IMG/VR virus record: IMGVR_UViG_3300031994_000047
Location: 30,304 to 94,303 of that record
Length of the DNA: 64,000 bases
Direction: 5' to 3' (one strand)
DNA from: a virus
Taxonomy: Duplodnaviria > Caudoviricetes
Under the pieces are notes generated by a model. The model saw nothing but the letters and a program-made list of their open reading frames with translations. It ran no database searches and was not told where the DNA came from. Shown piece after piece: positions 26,581 to 36,306 of the stretch (position 1 is the stretch's first letter; each line of letters opens with the position of its first letter). Position numbers and translations under genes: made by a program.

Positions 26581-27590
26581 TATACACCCCCTATTGCTCC
26601 GCCGCCATCAAACTCTTCGTTTTCAAATTGCTCGAAACCTTCGTTATCGTATTTATCTTCATCAAATTCAAATTGAATGCCATATATATCAGAGCTTTCT
26701 GTTTGAACGCCTTCTTTTGAATTTTCTTCTTGAATTGCTTTGAGTCGGCGCGTAATCTCATCACCAATACCACCTTCGTTAATATAGAGTCGTTGGTTAT
26801 AGGATTGGATGTTTTTAATTGTCTCGTCTATAACGTCGCGAGTCGCGCCATCGTAGAATTGGTTTTCGCGCCCGCGCTTTTCGAGCCAAACCGCAAGTTC
26901 TCCGAAGGAACTAAAATCATTGTCGTCTTTTGAGTTCTTTGGATTAAATTCTGCGGTTTTTACGAGTTTGTCATAAGAGGATAAGAATTTATCGACATCT
27001 TTGCTACCCGCGCGAATTTGTGAGTCAATTTCAAGTGAGAGTTTGCAAATCTTTTGAGCTTGGTCGATTTGAAGTGCGCCGTTTATGTTTTGTGTTGCGA
27101 CTAAGCCTTTGTATAGGTCTTCGAGATAATCGAGTTGTTCAGGTGAGTAGTTTGCGCCCCATTTCTTTTGAAGATCTTTAACTCGTTTTTCATCGAGAAG
27201 TGGAATCTCATACTCTATTTGTGAAGCCTCTTTGAGCTTTTGATATTGATGAAAGTAATCGATCCACCCAAGAGATTTGTATTCGTCTCCGCTAAAGGTG
27301 CGCGCGTATGTAGCCCAAGTTTGCGCTGGCTATGTAAGTTCAGATATGCGTTCCCACTCTTTTACAATGAAAGGAATATCTGCCCACTAACAGACTTTGT
27401 CTATTGCTTCCCAAGAAAATTCATTTTCCCGCAAATAGTATGTAACACAAGAATTACAGAGAGGAATATGTCCATCTTTGTAGAAGTAGGAGTGAGTGGG
27501 CGCGAACTCTTCGATGTCAAAGGAGCGACCGCATTGGGCGCACGTTTTAAGGTGGGACTCACGCTCTGGAATTTTAGGGATTATGGGCAT
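26580..27590 (-). CDS. Zn-finger protein upstream of TerL, putative terminase small subunit, 336 aa (TAG=Gln)
   Basis: CAQC..CNSC N-terminus, KWGANY motif, acidic tail; TAATG-coupled to terL. Confidence 0.6.
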
Positions 27591-27904
27591 TAGATTCCTA
27601 CCTCCGATGCCTCGCGCGCCGTTACTGGCGAAGAAGAATCAGAAGAAGAAGAATCAGTAGAAGGTTCTATTACTTCTTTTTGTTCTATCTTCGCGCGATT
27701 AGCATCTCCTAGAATTTGGACGAGTTCTTTTCTTCTTTTCTTACTTTGCTTCTCAAAAGAGTCCAACATAAGACCCAAAAGTACCCAAAAATCTGGAGTT
27801 TCGTCTTTCTAGAACTTAATGCCTAAAATGCGCGCGACCCCAAGAAAAATTTCGGGCTCTTTTATGCGCGCGACCTCTGTCGCGAATTTATCTTTTAATT
27901 TCAT
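27590..27904 (-). CDS. Hypothetical protein, 104 aa (TAG=Gln)
   Basis: ATG 27904 after AGGAG; extends the track ORF through one TAG. Confidence 0.6.
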
Positions 27905-27912
27905 TTTGTGTT

Positions 27913-29205
27913 TTATCTCCTTTTTAATTTCTCACATTCCTTACAGCGAGGACTAAGTCCGTCACTAGATCTAGCCCTTCTCACAAAGAAGCGTGGATCC
28001 TTGAGATAGACGCGGCCGCAGTCTTTGCAAACCTTAAAGTTTTCGGGGAAGGCGCAGTTTTCTAAGAGTTCTCGGTGTAATGCTGCCGCGCCCGCTATTT
28101 TCGGAATGATTTTCTTATAGAAAAGTACAGAGATGTAATTATCTGTATAGAGTTTGGAGTATTTTTGATTGATTTCATCTCGTATTAAGAGATTTGGGGC
28201 GCCCGCACTTTTGCGCATTAGAATGTGAGATTCTATGGGGCTGAGTCGCGCGCCCGTCACGTAGAAGTCGAATGTGTCGAGGAAGGGGCGCAATTCAGAG
28301 TAGAGTGATTGGGGGAGAGTTGATTCTGCGCGGAAGCGTGGAATAAGGGGTAGGAGGGCGCGCAAATGGGATTCGTTACGGAAGTCGAAGGAGAATTTAG
28401 TGGGGGTTGTGGGCGCCCATAAGCGCGATGAGACCGCGCGCAATACTGGCTCAGAGAGTGTAGTGGGAAGTGGGAACTATGGAGCCCAGAGAGGACTTGT
28501 GGGGTCTGAGGGTTTAGTGGGTTTTAGTCCGAATGGTAGGACGCATATATCTGCGCCGAAGATTGGGGGATCTTCGGTTGGAGTGGGTTCGAGTTTGCGC
28601 GGGAAGATTGTGGGCGCAAAAGAGTCTTTGTAGTAGAATTGCGAGCTTCGGAGTTGGACCAATTGGTGACGAAGCTTAAGGTATGAGTAGGGGGTTAGAG
28701 ACTTTGCGCGGGCTTCAAGGGCGGGGCGCGCAGAAGGGTCGATACGAGCTAGGAGTTCTTCGCGAGGGGTGGCGCCCGCATAAGTCGTTAGAATGTAGTC
28801 GGTTTCGTCAATTGTGTGCCAAAGGGACTCGAGTTCGCGCAAATGGGTCGGATTTGCGAGAGCTTGCGCGCGAGATCGTGAGAATTTTGTGGGTGGAATA
28901 CGAGGGCGCGGTGCGTCTAGTGGTTGGAGATCAATTTCGTTAAAAGCGGGATCTTCTAGGAGGGATTCGAGCGATTCTACGGGTTTTGAATCCCAAGTTT
29001 TATGGCGGGTTTCAAGATCAAGACCTTCTTGGCGCCCATTCTAGCCTTCGGAGTTTTTGCCCCAAAGGATATAGTTTGATAGGGTTTCGAGTTCAGTCTC
29101 GGAAAATTTTAAACGAGAGTGTTGCGCGAGAAAGTTTTGAACATATTGTGTGCGCTCTTCTCGGGTTTGGAGTGAGAAATTTAGGTTTAAGCGATTTTGG
29201 GACAT
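27913..29205 (-). CDS. Putative late-gene regulator (HTH-like region plus C-terminal Zn ribbon), 430 aa (TAG=Gln)
   Basis: Three track fragments are in frame across two TAGs; C-terminal CKDC...CKEC; first gene of the late operon. Function is inferred. Confidence 0.55.
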
Positions 29206-29540
29206 TATCCTAGCGGATATTCTAGCCAATATCTCCTAGTGGAGATATCCTATCGGGGATTTTGGCTAGTATTTGACCTCCTTTAAATTTTATGTGGGCG
29301 GGATATCCCTTTGGGATATCCCTTTAGGATATATCCTATCCTATTTATAGTATATACGAAATTGGGGTAGATGTCAAATTTTCGGGCTAGAAATTTCGGT
29401 TAGAAATTTCGGACTAGAAAGTCCCGAAAGAATATGCTGTAAGGAAATTTGAATTTTTAATGTTGTAAGGAAATGTTATATTTTTGATGTTGTAAGGAAA
29501 TGTTTCCAGGCGCGCACCCGGAAAATTTCCAGGTTTTGGC
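29205..29540. repeat. Repeat cluster at the divergence point
   Basis: Multiple GGATATCC-like palindromes; 3x (A)AATTTCGG-nn-TAGAAA; 3x TGTAAGGAAAT. Confidence 0.7.
29349..29377 (-). promoter_or_regulatory. sigma70-type promoter driving the leftward (late) operon
   Basis: TTGACA-17 nt-TATACT on the minus strand. Confidence 0.7.
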
Positions 29541-29710
29541 AAATACTGAATATACCCCCGACTCCCACCAAAAAATTTTTTTAACTTTTTTTCAAAAACC
29601 CCTTGACATTTTCTTTTTATTATGTTATCATAAGACCGTCGGGAGGGAACACCAAACGACACCACAGGTGACCGACGGCGCCATATTCCGTCGGAGAAGG
29701 AGATACTATC

Positions 29711-30004
29711 ATGGACGAAAAAGTTACCTATAGGGAACTCATGGAAAAGGTTCACGCTATGCCACGCGCTGGCAAAAAGCCTCACGGCTTTTATCTTGAC
29801 CTGGCGATTGATGAGGCACTTGAACTGTACAAGCAAGAGCATGGCTATAGAGTCACCTATTATGATGACAGTGTAACCGATGACCTCACCATGTTCGCAG
29901 GAACGCTTGAAGAATGCGAACACTACGCGCAGGAACACGCAACGGATGACCCACTAACCATCTGGGATAGCGATTGCAACGTGGTGAAGGAGGTGATAGC
30001 ATGA
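29711..30004 (+). CDS. Hypothetical early protein, 97 aa
   Basis: AAGGAG RBS; first gene of the early module. Confidence 0.8.
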   Translation: MDEKVTYRELMEKVHAMPRAGKKPHGFYLDLAIDEALELYKQEHGYRVTYYDDSVTDDLTMFAGTLEECEHYAQEHATDDPLTIWDSDCNVVKEVIA

Positions 30005-30405
30005 CCCGCTTCAAATTTGAAATGCTGGACTGCTATCCTCACAACGCGGGCGCGCGGATAGAATGCTCTATCCGCTTCAGGCTGACGGGCGACGCGGGAC
30101 GGCTTGACAATGTGCGGGCTGACCGCGGGAGCGACGTGCTGACCTATCAGGTCAAGAGCGCCCGCGCAACAGTCGCCCACGGCACTGACCTGAGAGCCTA
30201 CCTGGCAAGCGATGCGAGTACTGAATATATCTATGGAACGCGAGACGGACAAGCTTACGTGATGAACCGCGAGACCTATATAAGCTTTTGCGAGAGGTTC
30301 GGAGCTATCACGAGAGACAGTGAAAAGAACGGCGGTGAGCAAAAGATACGACTCGGGCACGAAACGAAGGCTCTGCTGAGGTGGCTCGAGGAGCGGGTGG
30401 ATTGA
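30001..30405 (+). CDS. Hypothetical early protein, paralogue A, 134 aa
   Basis: AGGAGG RBS before ATG 30001; paralogue of 31278..31673. Confidence 0.8.
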   Translation: MTRFKFEMLDCYPHNAGARIECSIRFRLTGDAGRLDNVRADRGSDVLTYQVKSARATVAHGTDLRAYLASDASTEYIYGTRDGQAYVMNRETYISFCERFGAITRDSEKNGGEQKIRLGHETKALLRWLEERVD

Positions 30406-30529
30406 CCACCCGCCCCACCCAGGCGGGTGAGATGGTCATCCGCTCGGGTATTCACAGACTGTTTACAATTCGGCTCTTGACAAAGCGAGAGCCAGATGGT
30501 ATAATAAAGGCACAAGGAGGATGAAGCTA

Positions 30530-30661
30530 ATGTATGAACTGAGAGTCAATGGAGAGACCGTCCAGGTCATAAACGGCGCTGAAGCCGCGGGCGCCGCCTA
30601 TTGCGAGGCAAGAGCGCGCTACAGCGAGATGGCGCTTATCGAACTCATAGAGGTTCGATAA
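30530..30661 (+). CDS. Small early protein, 43 aa
   Basis: Own promoter, AAGGAGG RBS, MYELRVNGETVQV... Confidence 0.7.
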   Translation: MYELRVNGETVQVINGAEAAGAAYCEARARYSEMALIELIEVR

Positions 30662-30758
30662 GCCCTCTCACCAGGCAAGACGTTCATAATTTATTAACAA
30701 TCAAGCTATTGACAAATCAAATATAATATGTTATAATACAATCACAGGAGGAAGAAAA

Positions 30759-30905
30759 ATGAGTATTGAGAAAAGAATTGAAGAAAATGAATACAAAATC
30801 TGGCTTATCGAGGTATCAACGGATTTTTTGAGTGAAAAGGACTGGGACAAAATCCGCGCGCTTCAGCGTGAAAACAGAGAACTTAAGAAGATTCTGGAAA
30901 AGTAA
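30759..30905 (+). CDS. Small early protein, 48 aa
   Basis: Own promoter, AGGAGG RBS, MSIEKRIEENEYKIWL... Confidence 0.7.
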   Translation: MSIEKRIEENEYKIWLIEVSTDFLSEKDWDKIRALQRENRELKKILEK

Positions 30906-31277
30906 AAGGGTTATGACTTTATCACAATAAAGTGATAAAGTTATAATTTACTTCAAGTTAGTTATGACTAACTTTGTGCCCGGGCGTTCAGTTAGTTATA
31001 ACTAACTTTACAGTAGTTCGGGTTAGTCATGACTAACTTTCTATAATAAAATTGTGAATAAATTGTAAACAATTAAAAAAAGTATTGACTTTTCCTTTAA
31101 TATATGATATAATAGACTGGGGTAGAAGGGGAAGGTTGATCTGCGGTTAGTTATAACTAACTAATTCCAGAATTTTTGTTCATAAAAAATTCATAAAGAA
31201 ATTTTGCGAAAACTATTGACAAATCTGCCCGAGCGTGATATAATATACTCGTAAGATAAAGAAAGGAAGTCACAACA

Positions 31278-31673
31278 ATGACCAAATTCAACTTCACTCT
31301 TCTCAACAACTACAAGAACAATGGACAGAATGTCGAGCAGTCAATCAGGTTCACTCTCACAGGCAAAATCGAAAAAGCCGACAACATCGCCCACAACAAA
31401 GGCACTGATTGCCTCAACTACCAAATCAAGAGCGCTCGCGCTACAGTATGCAAGGGACGGAACCTTAAAACTTATCTTGATGAAGACGCAAGCAAGGCTT
31501 ACATATACGGCACGCTTGATGGAATGGCTTACATAATGAGTCGCCAGGAATATGAAAACTTTATAGCGAATTTTGGATCTCTCACAAGAGAAAGCGAAAA
31601 AAATGGCGGCGGCGAAAAAATTCGACTCGGACATGAAACGAAAAAAATGCGGGAATGGTTGGAGAGACTCTGA
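31278..31673 (+). CDS. Hypothetical early protein, paralogue B, 131 aa
   Basis: Shares SIRFxLTG, YQxKSARATV, YIYGT and TRxSEKNGGxxKIRLGHETK with 30001..30405. Confidence 0.85.
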   Translation: MTKFNFTLLNNYKNNGQNVEQSIRFTLTGKIEKADNIAHNKGTDCLNYQIKSARATVCKGRNLKTYLDEDASKAYIYGTLDGMAYIMSRQEYENFIANFGSLTRESEKNGGGEKIRLGHETKKMREWLERL

Positions 31674-31837
31674 GTCTCTCCAAATTTTTGCCCATAAAGT
31701 TAGTCACAACTAATCGCGCCCGGGCGGATCCCGAGATTATGAACATTTTGTAAACAATTCAGGAATCTCTTGACTTTTCTGAAAAACTGTTGTATAATAT
31801 ACTCGTAAGATAAAGAACACAAAAGGAACTTCCTACA

Positions 31838-32074
31838 ATGAAAGAATATCAAGAATTTATCTCGCGCGCGATAGGACTCATCATCGGGGCTCTTCTCTCC
31901 ATAGTCCTAATACTTGTAGTTGGCAACTATGTCGGAGCTATAGGACTGGGCATTCTGTTCGTCGGCTACTTTACGAACTTTATGTATAACATAAAGAAAG
32001 AAAAGCCCTATTTGGTGTTAAATCTCATTTTTCTTGTTTGGACTTTTCTCTGGTTCATAGCGAGCATACTTTAA
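31838..32074 (+). CDS. Small membrane protein, 78 aa
   Basis: Three hydrophobic segments; own promoter and RBS. Confidence 0.75.
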   Translation: MKEYQEFISRAIGLIIGALLSIVLILVVGNYVGAIGLGILFVGYFTNFMYNIKKEKPYLVLNLIFLVWTFLWFIASIL

Positions 32075-32280
32075 AATGATTCCCTCTCAATCTGGGCGCG
32101 ATAGTGCGCCCTTCCTTCTTTGCATGAGTTAGTCATAACTAACTTGTGCCCGGGCGCATCAGTGCAATTTATGAACAATTTGTAAACAATTCAAAATTCT
32201 ATTGACTTTTGCTTTTTCATATGTTATAATATACCCGTAAAGAGGACAAGGACAGTCCAAAAAACCGAGGAGGAACCACA

Positions 32281-32556
32281 ATGATGAATAATAAAATTTA
32301 CTGGGTGAGCGCGAAGGCGGTTGACGGAACAGTTATCTCCAAGAAGTGCATAAGCCGCGAGCTGGCTTTTCAGTATCACTGCGCGCTGAGTGAGTGCGAT
32401 GACCTTGCAAGGCTTGACCTACTGGACGCTTTTACAGGCGAGGTTCTTGACCCAAAGGAAGAGTTCTGGAAGATTGCGGAACCCAAAGAAGAGGAAGAGG
32501 ACGAAGAAGAAGAGGAAGAAGAGGACGATTTTTGGAAGTTCAAAATGGAATGGTGA
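32281..32556 (+). CDS. Early protein with a poly-Glu/Asp tail, 91 aa
   Basis: GAGGAGG RBS; EEEEDEEEEEEEDD. Confidence 0.75.
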   Translation: MMNNKIYWVSAKAVDGTVISKKCISRELAFQYHCALSECDDLARLDLLDAFTGEVLDPKEEFWKIAEPKEEEEDEEEEEEEDDFWKFKMEW

Positions 32557-32691
32557 GGGCCATTCCTTCGCCCGGGCGCGCACCAGATTCGGTAGACTAG
32601 ATCCAACATACCACCAGACCCAGGCGAAAAAATTTTTTAATTTTTTTAGAAAACCACTTGACAAATGGCGCAAGGTGTGATATAATATAGA

Positions 32692-32914
32692 CACTGAGGG
32701 AGGGGAAGCAAAGCCCAAAAGCACCGAAGAGGGTGAGGGTGTGACCCACGAGAGTCTGTAAGCCTTCCACGATAAAGTCCTCGACCGCATGGAGTCCTGT
32801 TGTGCGGTATATAAGTGTGAGCCAAGCCTTTAAGTGGGCAACCCAAAGCCTTTGGAAAGGGGACGGCAGGACAAGGCACGAGGCGGAGCAATTACGATTG
32901 CTCCCCCTATTTTT
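32692..32914 (+). ncRNA. Candidate ncRNA of about 220 nt
   Basis: Consensus promoter and terminator (GGAGCAAT-tacg-ATTGCTCC..TTTT) with no RBS-led ORF between them; internal hairpins. Confidence 0.5.
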
Positions 32915-33041
32915 ATGAAGTGGTTAATTATAACTAACCGACCGGGCGAAGAAAAAATTTTTAAAAACTTTTAAAAAACTATTGACAAATCTAAAAAATT
33001 ATGTTATAATATTCCCAGAAAGAAAGAGGAGGAATAAAAAA

Positions 33042-33338
33042 ATGAAGTATTCAAATCCCGAAGGTTCCATAAACTTGAACGAACTGTTCAAACTCGCGGC
33101 GGGTCTTCATGCACGCGGAAAGAAAGTCGAGGTTCGGTCACTTCATGGAGGCGCGCAGGTTTTGGTTTACAACGACGAAAATGAAAGAGAATGGGATGCG
33201 GTCTGCCACTCGTTCTCATACGGAGGAGACAGGGGACTCATTGAGATAATGGGAGGACCAGTCGAAGATTCCGACGATGTCGAAGGATACTTGACCGCCG
33301 ATGAAATACTCGCGCGCATTGATAGAGAAGAGTCGTGA
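33042..33338 (+). CDS. Hypothetical early protein, 98 aa
   Basis: GAGGAGG RBS before ATG 33042. Confidence 0.75.
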   Translation: MKYSNPEGSINLNELFKLAAGLHARGKKVEVRSLHGGAQVLVYNDENEREWDAVCHSFSYGGDRGLIEIMGGPVEDSDDVEGYLTADEILARIDREES

Positions 33339-33483
33339 AACTCTTCTCCGTCGCCCGGGCGCGAATTGTGAACAATTTGTAAACAATTAAAAATTCTATT
33401 GACAGATTTAATTCAATAGTGTATAATATACTCGTAAGATAAAGAGAAGGAACAACTCTTAAAAACCAGAAAGAGGATAAAAA

Positions 33484-33858
33484 ATGGGAATGATGATTAA
33501 ACAGAACAAGTCCGCCGTTGAGAACTCAAAGCGCGAACAGGCTATCAAAGCCGCGCAGACCCTCAAGCAGTATTGCGCAGAGAAAAAGGGCAGTTGCGAA
33601 GGTTGTTTGTTCCTCGCTGGATGTTGCCTGCTTCAGGACCATGAGCCCGAAGACTGGGATATTCCTTCCACTCCCGTCACTCGCGAGGAAATGCACAAAT
33701 ATGTCCGCACTTTTGAGCGCACTGTTTTCTTCGCGCGCAATGGGCGCACCACTGCGGCAATGTTCAGCGGCAAACTCTATACCGTCACGAGGTATTATAA
33801 GGACGCGGAGGACGAACTCGTTGCGAAATACGAACTTCTGAAAAAGATTTTCGGATAA
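33484..33858 (+). CDS. Hypothetical early protein, 124 aa (Cys cluster)
   Basis: Track ORF, promoter, RBS. Confidence 0.75.
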   Translation: MGMMIKQNKSAVENSKREQAIKAAQTLKQYCAEKKGSCEGCLFLAGCCLLQDHEPEDWDIPSTPVTREEMHKYVRTFERTVFFARNGRTTAAMFSGKLYTVTRYYKDAEDELVAKYELLKKIFG

Positions 33859-34003
33859 GACGAGTTCAGTGCGAAAAATGGGAAGAAATTCCCATTTTTC
33901 GTAGTGTGCCCGGGCGCATTCACAATTTGTTTACAATTTTTCTCTTGACAAAATTAACTTTATGTGTTATAATATTTACAGAAAAGAAAAGCGAGGTAAA
34001 AAA

Positions 34004-34342
34004 ATGATTTTCAAATCCAGAAAACAATATCGCAAGTTTGCCACCTATTTTCAGGTAATCAAGAAAACCGAAATTTCTTTTGAAAAACAAGTTCCTATTC
34101 CATGGCAATCTGAAAAAGAGTGTCTTGAAGGATACTTAAAGGGAATGGAGAAATATTATAACATAGGGCGTTATGGTATTTATCTAAAATCTGAATATTA
34201 TCACAATCGTCCTACTGTTCCTCTGGTAGTTAAGCGCATCGAAATTGAAGCCGAATTTTATCTCGACGGGCGCAAAGAATTACAAAAATATAGAAGTAGA
34301 CTCTCTAAAAAAATTACGGAAATCGACTACCTCTTGGGGTGA
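34004..34342 (+). CDS. Hypothetical early protein, 112 aa
   Basis: GAGGT RBS before ATG 34004. Confidence 0.7.
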   Translation: MIFKSRKQYRKFATYFQVIKKTEISFEKQVPIPWQSEKECLEGYLKGMEKYYNIGRYGIYLKSEYYHNRPTVPLVVKRIEIEAEFYLDGRKELQKYRSRLSKKITEIDYLLG

Positions 34343-34677
34343 GTCGATGCCCGGGCGCGCCGTCATTTTGCACAAAAACCGGTGAGAAATTCCCGAAAGT
34401 TTGTGCATTTTGACGATTGACTTTCCAGGTCTCTTATGCTATAATATAATCGTCAAGGGGAGAGAGCCGAGAGTAACGGCACCGAGTACAAAATAACGAG
34501 GTTAAGTAGTCAAATAATAATAGACCAAATTTCAAAAAAATGAAAAATTTTTTGAAAAACCCCTTGACAAATCCGCGGAAGCGTGATATAATATAAGTGT
34601 CGAGAGGGAGAGAGAGTAACTCCCTAAAAGACAAAAACTGCGCGCCGACTGCGTAAAGTCGGAGAAAGGTCAATACC

Positions 34678-35103
34678 ATGACTAACAGAGAATTTTTCGC
34701 CGCCATCGTCAAGAACGAGAACATTGACGAGGCTCTGCGCCAGCACGCGCAGGAAGCCATCGCGAAGCTCGATGCGACTCTCGCCAAGAGAGCCGAGAAG
34801 CCCACGAAGGCGCAGGAAGCCAACAAGCCCATCGCTGAGGCGATTATGAAGGCTTTTGGTGAGAACCCCAACCTCGTCGTGACCGCCTCTACCGTCGCAA
34901 GCGGTACGAAGGTTTCCGTCCAGAGAGCAAGCGCGATTCTGCGCGGACTCGTCGCGGACAAGAGGCTTGAGGGCTTCGACGCGAAGGTCAAGGTCGATGG
35001 CAAGAGTCGGAAGGTGAAGTGCTATCGACTCCCGAAGGTCGAGGAGACGGTCGAGGAGACCGCTTCCGAGGAGACCACTTCTGAAGAGACTTCCGAGGAG
35101 TGA
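34678..35103 (+). CDS. Coiled-coil plus winged-helix DNA-binding-like protein, 141 aa
   Basis: TASTVA..VSVQRASAILRGLV..KVKVDGKSRKVKCY; paralogue of 42749..43159. Confidence 0.7.
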   Translation: MTNREFFAAIVKNENIDEALRQHAQEAIAKLDATLAKRAEKPTKAQEANKPIAEAIMKAFGENPNLVVTASTVASGTKVSVQRASAILRGLVADKRLEGFDAKVKVDGKSRKVKCYRLPKVEETVEETASEETTSEETSEE

Positions 35104-35311
35104 GAACGGAGAGAGGGGCGGAGTGATACCGCCCCTCTCTTTTGCGCGCGAGTTAGTCACAACTAACTCCACCCGGGCGCACAGTTAGACCTTATAGGTC
35201 TAAGATTCCGGAAATTAAATTATGAACAAATTGTAAACAATTAAATTAGGACTTGACATTCCCTTTATTGTGTGTTATAATATACTCACAAAAGAAAGGA
35301 GAAGAAAAAAA

Positions 35312-35509
35312 ATGTGGATTTTAACTTTAGAAGATGTTACTTGGCGTTTTTCTACGGAAGAATTAGCAAGAGACGCAATCGAATTTTTTGAACTTGATGA
35401 AAACGATTACGATCTTGAATTCTGCAATAGTACCGATGATGAAGAAATCATTGAGAGATTTCAAAATGAAAACTTCAAACCCGAAAAATATGGACACAAG
35501 GAGGATTAA
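35312..35509 (+). CDS. Acidic small protein, 65 aa
   Basis: AAGGAG RBS; own promoter. Confidence 0.7.
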   Translation: MWILTLEDVTWRFSTEELARDAIEFFELDENDYDLEFCNSTDDEEIIERFQNENFKPEKYGHKED

Positions 35510-35512
35510 AAA

Positions 35513-35704
35513 ATGACAATCAATGAGTTTATTAAAATCTTAAAATCTCATAAAGTAGATTTTGAAAAAGATTTGTGCGTTGCTATGGGAGAAGATGACG
35601 GAGAAGATTTTCATATCGAAGAGGGTCACTTATCTGTGTTTCTTGTAGGGACAGAGTGGGGAGAAAAAATCGAGCATCATTTTCTCGACAATGAAAGAAA
35701 ATAA
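35513..35704 (+). CDS. Hypothetical protein, 63 aa
   Basis: AAGGAGG RBS. Confidence 0.7.
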   Translation: MTINEFIKILKSHKVDFEKDLCVAMGEDDGEDFHIEEGHLSVFLVGTEWGEKIEHHFLDNERK

Positions 35705-35912
35705 AAATGAGTCGGCGCGGATTCGCGCCGATCTTTTGCCCCGGGATGGTTAGTCACAACTAACTCGCGCGAATATAATTAGACCTTAAAGGTCTAATAA
35801 ATTCTGAAAATTAAATTATGAATAAATTATGAATTTTTGAAATAAGTCTTGACAATCCCGAAAGTTTATGATATAATATACTTGTAAAAAAAAAGAGAGA
35901 GGGAATAAAAAA

Positions 35913-36185
35913 ATGAAATACGAATTTCAAAAAGAATTTTTTGTTGTGTATGATTTAGATACTAAAAATGGAAAATTATTTCATCTTTGGACAAACCTTA
36001 TTCACTTTTTAACAGATGAAGTTATGAAGGGCAGTTGCCGCATTATCTATGATGGAGACTGCTGGCGTATGCCAAAAAGTTATGCAGAATGTTTTGACAC
36101 TCTTTGGAATGTCGAAAGTCTTGATGACTTGAACGAAATTCTTGAGGACTTGTATCGAGTTCAATTAGTTCATTTCGAGGACTGA
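35913..36185 (+). CDS. Hypothetical protein, 90 aa
   Basis: Promoter, RBS. Confidence 0.75.
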   Translation: MKYEFQKEFFVVYDLDTKNGKLFHLWTNLIHFLTDEVMKGSCRIIYDGDCWRMPKSYAECFDTLWNVESLDDLNEILEDLYRVQLVHFED

Positions 36186-36212
36186 GTTGAGGCTTCGGTC
36201 TCAACCATATAT

Positions 36213-36306
36213 GGGGTGGTCGATTTGAGTATATGGACAAGTCTTAATCCGTAAAAGTCCCATTGGGTCAGATTAAACGCGGGTTCGAATCCCGTCCACT
36301 CCACCA
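36213..36306 (+). ncRNA. tRNA-like RNA (94 nt) with an Ala acceptor identity and no canonical anticodon arm
   Basis: GGGGTGG/CCACTCC-A-CCA (G3.U70); T-arm GCGGG-TTCGAAT-CCCGT; 6-bp GATTTG/CAAGTC arm; TTAATC/GATTAA stem with a 21-nt loop. Confidence 0.75.

Noticed and set aside
99-29205. Decayed prophage or pseudogenes
   Set aside because: The interruptions I traced are all in-frame TAG with no frameshifts, fall on Gln positions, and a CUA tRNA is present.
34478-34512. Resemblance to Cas9 tracrRNA (GGCACCGAGT, AAAATAA)
   Set aside because: Only a 10-nt match, elements in the wrong order, no anti-repeat.
36213-36306. Canonical tRNA-Ala/Sec or full tmRNA
   Set aside because: No 7-nt anticodon loop, no tag ORF or pseudoknots; kept as tRNA-like only.
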